DNA from: Macrostomum lignano
Taxonomy: Eukaryota
Assembly (NCBI GenBank): GCA_002269645.1
Contig: NIVC01002691.1
Span: forward strand, 28,555 to 92,554
Reading direction: 5' to 3'
Length of the DNA stretch: 64,000 nucleotides
Part shown: in pieces, positions 36,416 through 48,800 of the stretch
Layout of the letters: each line of letters opens with the position of its first letter
How positions within the stretch are numbered: the first letter of the stretch is position 1
Notes under the pieces: generated by a model
Seen by the model: only the letters and a program-made list of their open reading frames with translations
What the model was told of the DNA's origin: nothing
Database searches by the model: none
Position numbers and translations under genes: made by a program

Positions 36416-39400
36416 CATAGTTGCCACCCCTGCTCAAATTTTGAGCAATTGCTCAAAAAAATTTAAGCTGCTCAAATGCTCAATTTTATTTGGTTCTGCT
36501 CAAAAAAGTAATTATTTTTTTGCTTGTCTATTTTTTACTTCTATTGCTAAAAAGTCATTCTAAATAAAGTAAGAAAGGTCAAAATGATTCTTGTTCCTTC
36601 TTTTTGGGTCATTAGTTTTGTAATTTTCTCTATAAACTTATACGTATAAGTCTATGTATAAGTATATTATATGTATAAGTAGTGAAAGTACTAAAGTGGG
36701 AATCTAGGGAAGTAGTAGTTTAGGTACTACGCTCGTATAAAATTCAAGTCACATTTCAGCCACATTCTAATGCCCACTGATCGAAAAACGAAGTGGAATG
36801 CTACCTGGTTATCTGAACATGACCATTCTGGGGTCAAAATATCACGATGGTGCCAGAAAGACGACGACAATGACGATGAAGCCACATGTAGATTGTGCAA
36901 CCGTGGAGTAAATTTTCGTCAACATGGCATTGCTGCTTTGCGACAACATGCTGATGGTGCAAAGCACAAGGCTCTTTCTCGGGCTATGGTTGCTGCTTAC
37001 AGTCAGCAAAAAATCAATGCTTTTTTCCCAATCACTCCATCTGAGAACCAACAACTAAAAAAAGTGGAGGCAGAGGCATCTTTGCCCCAACAGACCATGG
37101 CGGCGAGCCTACGATTCGGACTGCTTGTTGTTCGGAAAGACCTATCATTCAAAACTATGGACGAAATTTCTGAAACACTGCCTGTTGCTATTCCTGATAG
37201 CAGTGTTGCTCAGAACTTTTCATGTGGAAGAACCAAGACAACGTACCTGGTCACTGATGCACTTGCCCCACATGCTAAGGAGGAAATGTTTAAGAGCCTT
37301 CGTGACTCTCCCTTTTCAATTCTGCTTGATGAGGGCACGAAACGTGACCGCTGCTGGCTGGTTTTACTGGCCCGCACTTTCTGCATTGAAAGGCAGAAGG
37401 TAATTCTTGTCTACATTGGTTCAGAGGAGCTTAAAAATTCATCGGCGTCAAATATGAAGGACACAGTTTTGTCGTTGCTATCCCAAGCCAAATTGCCTGC
37501 AAGGAATGTTATTTCCGTGATGACAGATTCCTGCAATGCAATGAGAGGTATGCGAGATAGCTTGATGAGTAATCCTTGTTGACAAAGATCCTGTCCCTAA
37601 AATAATTCACCTTTCACATTTCAGGCATCCACAATGGACTTCTCACCAAGCTGAAAGATGCTATGCCGCAGCTTATTGATGTTGGAGGCTGCAGTCTCCA
37701 TCATGTACATAATAGTGTTCAATATGCAACTAAGGCATTTGACAGCACTGGCGAGGCTGAAGGACTGATGGATGATGTCTATAACTATTTCCGATTTGTG
37801 AAAAGGCGCGGAGCATTCCATGAGGTATGAATTTAAACTTTGCTTAATCTTGAATGTGCTTTTCTTCCCTGACAAAAATTAAAATTTTTAGATTCAGGAT
37901 GCACTGGACCTGGCTGAACACGTGTTCATCCGCCGAGTCGAAACTCGCTGGCTCCAGATTCTAAACGTCATTCGACGGATTCTAGAGCAATGGGAGGCCC
38001 TGAAGCTGCACTTTGAGAAAGCTAGTGCCTCAGAACTGGACAACATTCGGGCACGACGAATCAAGCTGGCCCTTACTGATGAGATGCTAGCCAAGCTCCA
38101 GTTCTTAAGCCAAGTGCTGCCAAGATGCGAAGCATTCGAGAAAATTTTTCAGCGGGAGAGCACTCAGGTTCACCACTTGGCTTCTTCGCTGGAAAAGCTT
38201 TTTAGTGACATTCTTCTTTGCTTCATGCGGAGTGAAGTTGTTGAAAACAGCCGCTCTCTTTCAGACCTGGTTGACAGGGCTACTGATCGCAACAATCAAC
38301 TAATGAACAAAGATCTAATCATCGGCTCGGCCACCCGTGAGACTGTTGCACGGTTACGTCAGATGGAGCAGATTGGCTTTTTTAAGTCAGTTCGCTGCTT
38401 CTTTTCTGAAATTATTAGTCGACTGTTTGCCTACTTACCTTTCAACAACAAGGTGCTTTCTGGCCTTCAGTTTGTGGATCCTGAATACATGTTGGGATCA
38501 GACTTCAACTTTGACAACAGCATTCTACGTGTTGGGCGTGCTATGAGCACAGTCATTTCTGCCGACTTGCTGGATGATATCCGGCTGGAAGCTACAAGGC
38601 TTCGACTGACCTGCCCAACTGAGAAAGCAAAGGAGACACCAGAGGCTTTTTGGGCACAGCTTTCTGTTGAAGATTATCCTCATCTTTCTAAACTAGGTCG
38701 TGCTGCCTGCTGCATACCGCACGGTAATGCAGATAGTGAACGAGTTTTGAAATGGGTGGCCAACAACTTGACCAAGCAGCGCAATAGGCTAGGAGAAGTT
38801 ACGCTGGACTCGATTTTGGCTGTGAAAGTTTGGATGAAATGCAACAGCACTGGCCCAGCCAAGGTCACTATTGATTCTAACCTGCTGGACACAGCTTTTC
38901 AAGCCAAAAGCAAAGCCGATGAGCGACGACGAGCTAAGCAAAACGAAAAGGCCATGAAGCGACTTCAGCAAGCACTGGAGGAGCAGCGACGACTGGTTAC
39001 TGAAAAGGAGAAAGAGCTCCAGCAGCAGAAGCAACAAAAGCAGGCAGAGGCCCAAACAAAGATTGACGAAATGCGCAAGAAGGCTCAGGACATGCTCGCA
39101 CTTGCTGATAAGGAGGAGCATGCCCTACGCAAGCGGCATGGTGACAGTGAAGAAGCAAAATCAAAGAAGAAGAAGAAATGACTATGTTTGTACATTTTAT
39201 CAGCTTAAAATTTACTGAATGTTTGTAGTAACTATAACTCTAAGCTTCATGCTGTAGTCTTTATTGTCTGAGGTGCTTCTTTTTATTTTTGTCTGCGCAA
39301 CTTGAAACAATTTTCCTTGTACATGTAAACCATTTTTGTTTTCGAATTTACTAAATGTCTGTCATAGTGAAAAGAAAAACTGGTTTGTGGGAAGGATGCG

Positions 39401-39467
39401 AGTTTTTGACCTGCGCTAAAAATTAGTCCTTGCGCTACTTTTCTTCAAAAACTGGGTGGCAACTATG
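36416..39467 (+). mobile_element. Apparently intact hAT DNA transposon (3052 bp), 14-bp TIRs CATAGTTGCCACCC, 8-bp TSD GCTCTTAC
   Basis: TIRs at 36416-36429 and 39454-39467; identical TSD at 36408-36415 and 39468-39475. Confidence 0.95.
36770..39181 (+). CDS. hAT transposase, ~755 aa, join(36770..37547, 37625..37824, 37892..39181)
   Basis: BED-like CRLC...QH...KH, LLDEG, TDSCNAMRG, GGCSLHH, ETRWL, C-terminal IPHGNADSER...QRNRL. Two short GT-AG introns restore one frame; an alternative acceptor at 37897 is also in frame. Confidence 0.9.
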
Positions 39468-40879
39468 GCTCTTACTCTCATAATTAAAATCTGCTCTGCT
39501 CCCTCATTTATATTTCTAATCTGCCTCGGGACTCTGTTTATAAGCCCTAGGCCCTAATATAAGCGTTTTAGGCTAGGCCTAGTATTAAATTATTAATATC
39601 AATGATCGATTAGGCCTATGCTATGTTCTCTTAAAATGGTTAATTATATGCTTTTATTAGGCCTAGTAAGTAATATTTATTATATATAGGCCTAATTGGT
39701 AGCATAAATATTTTATTATTCTTGCTTGGTTATATATTGTATATAAATTTGCTAGTAGCATATATTATATTTAGCCTAATATAAATAATAAGTAGTATTA
39801 AGCCTATAGACAATAGGGTGCCAGTCATTTCCTCTGCTGACAGTTCATCTGCTAAGTAGACAAAAAGTTTTCTATTTCTAAAACTGTTTATCTACCAAGA
39901 AAGAGGAGTGGGGTAGGGAGTTGCCTAACCCACAACCTCTTCATTAACATTGTTAAACTGCTACAGGGATGGTTGGTCTCTTCAAAATGAATCTCTTCAA
40001 AATATGTTATCTATGCTGACTATTGAGCCATTGAGGTGGAAGGCCTTTTTGTTTCAATAGATAGAATGGCAGCAAAGATTTTGCACTGCATTGTGCATAT
40101 ATTTATACAAGTGAAAACAGCGCGAGATTATTGAGGGGCCAAGGAAGGTGCGCACATGTGGCATGGCATGATTGGCTATGCCAACCCCCCTTGGCTTAGC
40201 AAGCCGGCTAGCACGGTGCGCCACCATCCCACCTCAGCTAGACAGAGGTTAGTGGGAGGTTTCCAGTGCGGCTGCACTGGTGCTGCCAGTCGCATAGTCT
40301 GGCCGCCACACTATGCATTATATATAGTGCCTACTAGAGATTTTTTCAATTTTTAAATGTATGCCCTAGATACGGCTATAGTAGGGGCCTATAGAGCAAA
40401 TTCAAGTTTACTAAGGAGAAAAGTTGTTTAGAGAGTGGGACAATGGTATGTGACAGCTATAGATGATTTGAAAGCAAGTAAAAATTGTTTTTTTTCATAT
40501 TAGGATCATTTATCTACAAAGTGTATTGCGCGATTATTTTTTAGATTAAATTTAGTTTGTTTTATTTGCAATATTTTGCTATAACAAATATACCTTGAAT
40601 TATAAATTGAACAAGCTGTTGAAACCCCGGATTTTGAACCTAGACAATTCCAATCCCCAGAATTTTTTTGCATATATTCTGAAATCTGAGGCCATACTCA
40701 AACAAGACTTGTTAATAGTTATAGTAGGATAGAGGTAAACATAAAATCTAGTACATTTGTGTAAAATTAGGATTTGAGCAAAACATTTGATTTTGTAAGC
40801 TGGGGTGCTACGGAGAATGTCAGGCAGTGTCTGTATTTTGGCAAACTCTGGCCTCTGCCTCTGACTGACCCTATATCCC

Positions 40880-41270
40880 TTAGATCCTTTGAAACATATC
40901 TTCTCTTCTTTTTCCTCTCTTCTCTCTTCTCTCTTGTCTTTCTTTTCTTCTCTCTTGTCTTTCATCTTTCCTTCTTCTTTCTCTCCCTCCCCCCCCTCTC
41001 TCTCTTTCTCTTTCACTCTCACTCTCTCTCTCTCTCTCTCTCTTTCTCTTTCACTCTCACTCTCTCTCTCTCTCTCTCTTATCTTTCCTCTCTTATCTCT
41101 TCTCCTCTCTATTTCTCTCCCCTCTCCATTCTCCTCTTTCCTCTCCTTTATCCTCACTTACTTCTCTCTCCCTTTGTCTATCCTCTCTCCTCTCATCTCT
41201 AATCTTTTCTCCCTTATCTCTCCTCGATCTGTACTCTCTACTCTCCCTTCTTTCATCTATTCACTTTAAT
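40880..41270. repeat. (CT)n / pyrimidine-rich low-complexity tract
   Basis: Composition seen directly. Confidence 0.85.
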
Positions 41271-41859
41271 AGACTTAGACAAGATACAGCTACAACTTGC
41301 CTACCAGCACTTTTCAATGTTTGCAATTGATGGGCTTGAAGAACCCCCGAGGTAGCCTGCTGAGCTAGCAGATCTGCCAAGGCATATAGATTTAGGTTGC
41401 CATTTCTTGCTTTCTTGTTGAGGGCCATGTGCTATCCTTTGATGATTGTTAGTATGCTCTCTCTTGCAGTAGACTAAAAGCTCTTCGTGACTCCAAATGC
41501 TACTATAGAGCCACATTGTGTCTAAGTAGCAGCAGAGTGCTACCAGTGCTTCAGATCAGTTTGCCTCTTTAGCGAGAGTGCTAAACACCACGTAGATATG
41601 TTTGGCAAGAAGGTGGATTAGCATTATCAACTTTCGGCAAAAGAGTCTTCTGCCTCTGTCTGCTGCTCAAGTATATATTGCAAAACTTCTATGTAATCAT
41701 ACTTTGATTTTCCCGACATTAGTGCAAAGAAGAGAGGCACTTGTTTTTGCTTTCTATCCTTCTGAAGAAGTCCATGAACTGAAACGAGAAAAAAAGCTAG
41801 ATGATAAATAATTACCACATTTTGTGAGTGAATGGGGGTGATAGTAAATTAACCTGATT

Positions 41860-42706
41860 GAGTGGTTGACTGGGTAAAAGTGAATTAAGTGGGTGAGTGG
41901 CTGGCTGAAAGTGAATTAAGTGGGTGAGTGACTGGGTGAAAGTAAATTAAGTGGGTAAGTGGCTGGGTGAAAGTGAATTAAGTGGGTGAGTTGCTGGGTG
42001 AAAGTGAATTAAGTGGGTGAGTGGCTAGGTGAAAGTGAATTAAGTGGGGTGAGTGGTTGGGTGAAAGTGAATTAAGTGGGTGAGTGGCTAGGTGAAAGTG
42101 AATTAAGTGGGTGAGTGGTTGGGTGAAAGTGAATTAAGTGGGTAAGTGGCTGGGTGAAAGTGAATTAAGTGGGTGAGTTGCTGGGTGAAAGTGAATTAAG
42201 TGGGTGAGTGGCTAGGTGAAAGTGAATTAAGTGGGTGAGTGGCTGGCTGAAAGTGAATTAAGTGGGTGAGTGGCTGGGTAAAAGTGAATTAAGTGGGTGA
42301 ATGACTAGGTGAAAGTGAATTAAGTGGGTGAGTGACTGGGTGAAAGTTAATTAAGTCAGTGAGTGGCTGGGTGAAAGTGAATTAAGTGGGTGAGTGACTG
42401 GGTGAAAGTAAATTAAGTGGGTGAGTGGCTGGGTGAAAGTGAATTGAGTGGGTGAGTGGCTAGGTGAAAGTTAATTAAGTGGGTGAGTGGCTGGGTGAAA
42501 GTGAATTAAGTGGGTGAGTGGCTGGGTGAAAGTGAATTAAGTGAGTGAGTGACTGGGTGAAAGTAAATTAAGTGGGTGAGTGGCTGGGTGAAAGTGAATT
42601 AAGTGGGTGAATGACTGGGTGAAAGTAAATTAAATGGGTGAGTGGCTGGGTGAAAGTGAATTAAGTGGGTGAGTGGCTAGGTGAAAGTTAATTAAGTGGG
42701 TGAGTG
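41860..42706. repeat. 31-bp minisatellite (GGGTGAAAGTGAATTAAGTGGGTGAGTGGCT), ~27 copies, inside the MULE
   Basis: Direct tandem periodicity. Confidence 0.95.
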
Positions 42707-44051
42707 TGATCAATGTGTGGATGATGTATGGAGTGTGGATGATAATGTGATCAATTTTACCTTGCTTACCTTTTCCTATTTATAGCGGGAGCAAATTAAT
42801 CCAGTTAAATAAAGCATTGTCTTCTAGAATCTGACAATACTCCTTTTGGCTTATGCCTGAACCACATATTCGGTGCTGCCATTGACTGCAATCATCACAA
42901 TGCAAAGCTTGCTGTTGAGTGCTCACACACTTTCTACAAATGACACATGTCTTGCATCCGAGAAATTTTGAATGAGAATAACTATTTGCCAATATTTTTA
43001 TTGTTATCAAATTTTTAACAATTTCTGTTCCACTAGTTTTAGTTAAGCTTTCTTATTTTAGGTGTATATTGTAAAATAGTTTGTTATAATGATGAAAGAC
43101 CCATATATATGCAGATGCAGCACTTTATAACTATGTTAATGGACAGAGTTGTCCAGACAGAGGCAGCTCATTAGTCCCCTAGCTCCCTAGTCCCCATCCC
43201 ACTCCTCATCCCCACCCCATTTCCCAGCAGACAAACAGTTTTAGAAGGAAAAGGGCATTTTGTCTACTCAGCAGACGAACTGTTGGCAGACAAATGAACT
43301 AGAAACCTAGAGGATAGTAGGCCTATTGTTTCATCTTATTCTTAGACTATATCTATCTAAGCATTTTGGTTACTTTTATAAAGAATTTCTCTAAATTTAG
43401 CCTAGGCACTAAGATAAGATCAAAGAGAAAATTATGGCTCTTAGGCATTATAGGACCCCTATACTGCTCAAAGTGATTCTGCTTAGACTATTTTTAGATG
43501 TTTCTCATTCTATAAACAATCATCAATTCTCCTAGATCTAGTGCTTAGGGCAGGCCTAGGGTTTTTTATATTTTAGGCCTATCAAAATTAACCATGTCTT
43601 AAAATTCTACTTGGAACAATGGTTTTCTTACTAAACTATGGTTTAAAGATCTTGCAAAGACCAAGCTTTTCAAGTTCCTAAAAGAATATAAAAAGAGCAT
43701 TGTGGCAATCTTTTCTTTGTGCATTTTATATATTTTTTCTTTATTTTTTATAGTTTTTGTTAATGGATAAATACTAAAAATAATAGATTCATAGAATGAT
43801 TAATAATTTTCAGTAGATAGATTGTCAATTGTCAACTAGTGAAACTATTAATCAATTAGTAGTCCTACATATAGATCTTAAGCAACAATAATCAATAATT
43901 ATAGTTGTAAATACCAATAAGCCAGTCATGGTTTTGGTAATATACTGCAATACAGTGTTAGGCACCATTACTAAAAATCTTAACTTCTATTAATGTCAAA
44001 AGCATTAACATTAAAACAAAAAATGTTAGCTTATCAAATCTTAGTTTCATT

Positions 44052-44595
44052 AGAGTCCAGGTAAGGTACACCGTTTGAGGAGAGTCAGGAAAATGAAAGC
44101 AAAGGCAAACATTCCCATTTTATCTTTGATAATACAAAATTATGAAATTATAATTTATTAGTCAATTTACGCGCGACATGTTTCGCCGAACACCCGGCAT
44201 CTTCAGGCAAGGCAATAATATATTTTCAGAGAGATAGTAAATTGTTTAAAGTCTAGTTGGCCAAAAAGATTGTAAGAATAGGTAACTGAGTTAGATGGCC
44301 CTAAATAAGAGGCAAGTGCATGGGGTCAGAACACCTTTAGATGGACACTCGCCCCTCTACTACCAAGTTGGATGTTCATGATGGGCTTTAGCTGTTTAAT
44401 GTACAACGCCTCAAGAGTAGACAACTTCAAACTCTGGTGATTACAATCAATAATTTCAAATTTCTCAGCATTTCTAACTTTAGCACATTGATTGCACATC
44501 AGGAGGTGGTTGTACACAGTGCTAGCTCTTATACAATGCTCCTTTACCCTTGTGTGTAGGTTACCTATACTGCTCAATGCTTTCATTTTCCTGAC
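44052..44595 (-). mobile_element. Penelope-like element 3' fragment (GIY-YIG endonuclease C-terminus plus pLTR-type tail), copy 1
   Basis: LHTRVKEH...STVYNH...LEALYIKQLKPIMNIQ...LKVF at 44326-44586; CTGAAGATG...CGAAACATGTCG...AATAAA downstream; flanked by TTAGTTTCATT direct repeats. Confidence 0.82.
44165..44215 (-). ncRNA. Putative minimal type-I hammerhead ribozyme in the Penelope-like tail, copy 1
   Basis: CUGAAGA-U-[GCCGG GUGU UCGGC]-GAAAC-AU-GUC; palindromic stem III ACAUGU; weak stem I. Confidence 0.6.
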
Positions 44596-45856
44596 TTAGT
44601 TTCATTTAGTTAACTGAAAGTTAACTAATAATAATTAATAAACAATAGTCTATTATAGTTAACATAGAAAATATAGAAATCTTGCACTTTTTATAAAACA
44701 GATTTCATAATGCACTGTATTTGCTTTTCTATATTTTTAGCAAAACACAAAAAGTCATTCAAGCAATTTACAAGCTAAAAAATACTAATTGTAAAAACTT
44801 GTATACATCTAAATAGGCCTATACTAAATCTAAATATACTAAATCTCTAATATTTGTATGTCCATAATGCTCTAGAGATTGCAATTCTTCACCGATTTTG
44901 ATCGTGTTTTCGCCAAAAGATTCAAAATAATACTACTAAAAGTAAGCATACAATAAAGAAGTACCTTATTTATTTTAAATTGAAAGCTAATTAGTTAATA
45001 ATAAGATATTAATATGAAGGTTGTTTTAGTAGCATTAGCAGGTGAAGCAGAAAGTTACAAAAAATTAGGAAAGAAGTGAATCAAAGCAATAAATGGATGC
45101 TCACAATTGAGCAGTGTGAGCAATAAACTTCACAATTTTAATTAATTATTAAAGTTTATTAATAAAATGTTGTTACATTTGCACGATCATCATCATAAAC
45201 AAAAAGATTAATCAGGCACTTAGGTAAATTCAGATACATTCATAATGTTGTAACTTCTTTTTAAAATCTTTTTCTTTGTCTTTGGTCATTGACATTGTCA
45301 TTAATGTTAACAATAAATTTGTTCTTAACTTACAAAATTATTAATAAAATTTTGTTAATCTATTAGTGTAAAAAATCTTAATGGTAGTCTGTTAATTCTA
45401 ATAAAATTATTAACACTTATTAAGGCTTATTAAAGGATTAACACTTATTAATAGACTGGTGCCCAACACTGCTGCAACAATTAAGTTGCATGACTGCTTG
45501 AGTTATGAGTCTGCTGTATCTGTCTATCTTCTACTCAACTAATAGTTAGACTCTGTGCTATAGATAAATCAATTAGCTACATCATTGTACTCATATTTGA
45601 ACTGCAAATTTAAAAGAAATCTTTAATTGTGCAAAAGTAAACAATCAAAAATTTGCACCCAGGATGCCAGATGACATTGTGATTCTGATTGCTTTTTAAC
45701 CCAGTTACAAACCTATTGATTAAAAGTACATCAGCTCATTGAAATCTTGCATTGTCTGTAAGATAAGTATTGATATACTTGTTTACACTATATTAATGCT
45801 AAACATTTCAGAGAATATTAAAATCTGCTGAGTAACATTAATCAAGCTGCAAAATA

Positions 45857-48800
45857 ATGGCAATGTTACACCACTTGCTGTTTTCACTTTTGGCTGGCGC
45901 TGCTCTGATGCAGCTGGTGCTGGCGAATCCACTTGACTCGGCAAGCCTGCCTGCTGGCTGTCCACCAGCTGGCTCGCAGCCCACCATTATGCCTGGCACA
46001 CTGCCAAACAGCACCGCCTATCTTGACTATGTCCTAGCCGAGACAGGTCAACGAGTGCAGTTTTATTACAATCAAAGTCTCGGCTTGGCCGCTCAGCTAG
46101 TTAGAAATTCAGCTAGCGACACTGCCGGCCCTGATGAATACCAGCTTTATGACCATGCTCACGGTCAAGATGTGAGCCATATGCTCAACTGGCCAACTGG
46201 CCGGTGCAATGTCAGCAATGCTACTGGCCTGAGTGACTCGCTGGCCGAAATTCGCAATACTGTCTTTTTGAATAGTAGCGCCTCCCCCTGTCTGCTGCTG
46301 CTGCTGGCTCCTGAACTGGCTGACGCTCATAACCACAGCGGCAAAGGTGGGCAGCCGCTGAGCACTCTGGCCTGGGAGAACAACACCGCCTGTTTCAATG
46401 GGACCAAAGCGCATGATGGCCAAGTCTGGCGAGTCAAAATTCAGCTTTTCGGAGATGCTAAGGTGAAGCTTTTGTGTTAAATATTCATTTTGCTTGGTGT
46501 TAAAAAGGGCCGTTTTACATCAACTGGATGTTTTTAAAAAGGCGGTTTAACCCGCATCGAATATATGTTTTCAAAAAAGGCCGTTTTATTCGCTATCGAA
46601 TAGGTGTTCTAAAAGGGCCGTTTTACAGATACTAAGTAAATCTTTTGCGTTATATAATCATTTTGCTTGGTGTTTTAAAAAGGGCCGTTTTACCACCATT
46701 AAATAGGTGTTTAAAAAAACCGTTTTACATCTACTGAATGTTTTTTAATAGGTGTTCTCAAAAGGGCCGTTTTGTTCTTATCAAATAGAAGTTCTAAAAA
46801 GACGATTTTACCGTATTGACTAGTGGGTGTTCTAAAAGGGCTGTTTTGGCCTATCAAATAGGTGTTCTGAAAAGGGCCGTTTAAATCGCTAACAGTTTCA
46901 GGTGTTTAAATTTCCAAGAGTGACCTAGGTGATTTTTGCACTCACCCCACAGGCCGATGTGTCGAGCGTTACCTTCGAACTGCTCTCGCCACCAACAAAG
47001 GAGAATGCCACGTCGTGGACTGTGTCGGAGCGTCGCACCTATCGATTCTTGGCCAGCCAGCGTGGCGCGCCTCCGCCAGGCGCGATTTCAGCTCTGGCCA
47101 ACCCGCCATCGTTTGTAGCCTGCGGCGCCGCCCGCGAACGGGACAGCCGGCCACCAGCTGTGCCAAATTCCATGCTTAAGAATCTTCGCCTAGCAACCAC
47201 CGATAAAAGTTCTGCTTTAGTTGTCGAGGATTGCGCCGCCAGCGCACTCGAATTGGCGCCTCAGATTGGCGCCAGGCTGCGCCAATTCTATGGCCCGAAC
47301 CGCTTGAGACTGGTTGCCGACCGAGCTCTGGCTGGGGTTGAATTTGTGCAAGATTTGGAGGCCGGAAATTGCAGTTTGGATTGGGTGGACAAGTCCGCAC
47401 TTGGGGGGCCGCTGCCATTCAATTTGAGCGCTGACGGCTGGCTGTGGACTGGGGAAAGCGCCGAGTTTCAGGTGATTTTGTTATTAATGTGCGCACGGCT
47501 GTTCAGTCCAAGGACTGGGGAGGAGGGGGGTCGCCACACACACCCTCAATTACCCCAGCTAATGCTGGCACCCATTTTACACCTGGGGTAAACTGAAGCA
47601 ATGTAGAGTATCTTAAGTGTCTTGCTCAAGGACACAAATTGTTCCGAGTGGTCGAGAATCGAACCCCCGACCTTCCAGTCGTGAGTCCGACCCTCTAACC
47701 ACTAGGCTAGAACCCGTTCTAACCTAACCTAAGGTATTAGATTAAATAAATTTAATCTTTCAACTGCTACTATTGCAAACTTTTCCTCTGTGTATTTTCA
47801 ACTATTGAATTTGTCTTTGGTTATTCATCCGAAATTGAAGATATTCTAACAAATAAATCAACAGGGTCGCCAAGGCTGCCGCCGTTACCTGCGATTGGCT
47901 GCGAATTCCCTAATAGACTACGAAGTGTACTTTTGCGGCGGCACAAACTTTACCAATCTGGTAGGCTACAGTCGGCGGCGTCGTCATGGCAGCAACCACT
48001 CGGCGGTTGAAGTGGCCAACTATCTGGTGACAGAGATTGATAGCGCCACCGAGCGGCCCATTGAATACGACTTGACCGCCTGCGCTTTGCTGCCTGGCGG
48101 AGGCGGCGCCAAACGGCTGTTGATGCGGGTTTTGGCCGCCTATCATGTGGTGTGTGTCACTTCCGGTTTATGAGGCTTAAATAGTGTGTCACTTCCGGTT
48201 TATGAGGCTGCATTAGTGTGTCACTTCCGGTTTATGAGGCTGCATTAGTGTGTCACTTCCGGTTTATGAGGCTGCATTAGTGTGTCATTTCCGGTTTATG
48301 AGGCTTTTTTAGTGTGTCACTTCCGGTTTATGAGGCTTTTTTAGTGCGTCACCCGGTTTATGAGACTGCATTAGTGTGTCACTTCCGGTTTATGAGGCTG
48401 CATTAGTGTGTCACTTCCGGTTTATGAGGCTGCATTAGTGTGTCACCCGGTTTATGAGGCTGCATTAATGTGTCACCCGGTTTATGAGGCTGCATTAGTG
48501 TGTCACCCGGTTTATGAGGTTGCATTAGTGTGTCACTTCCGGTTTATGAGGCTGCATTAGTGTGTCACCCGGTTTATGAGGCTGCATTAGTGTGTCACCC
48601 GGTTTATGAGGCTGCATTAGTGTGTCACCCGGTTTATGAGGCTGCATTAGTGTGTCACCCGGTTTATGAGGCTGCATTAGTGTGTCACCCGGTTTATGAG
48701 GCTGCATTAGTGTGTCACCCGGTTTATGAGGCTGCATTAGTGTGTCACCCGGTTTATGAGTCTATTATTTTGTGACTTCCGGTTTATGAGGCTTAATTAG

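Larger units (their letters stand above)
39816..43307 (-). mobile_element. Decayed Mutator-like element (MULE) with PHD finger and transposase remnants
   Basis: Imperfect TIRs (~39816-39870 vs ~43250-43307), TSD TAGACAATA/TAGAGGATA (7/9). PHD CVIC...LHCDDCSQWQHRIC at 42780-43010; VPLFFALMSGKSKYDY at 41627-41818; IWS...HTNNH at 41301-41516. Confidence 0.72.

Noticed and set aside
47640-47709. tRNA gene
   Set aside because: A and B boxes are present, but the acceptor and anticodon stems pair poorly and the sequence continues into a SINE body.
47716-47735. Telomere-like (TTAGG)n seed
   Set aside because: Only about two copies, which is not distinguishable from chance.
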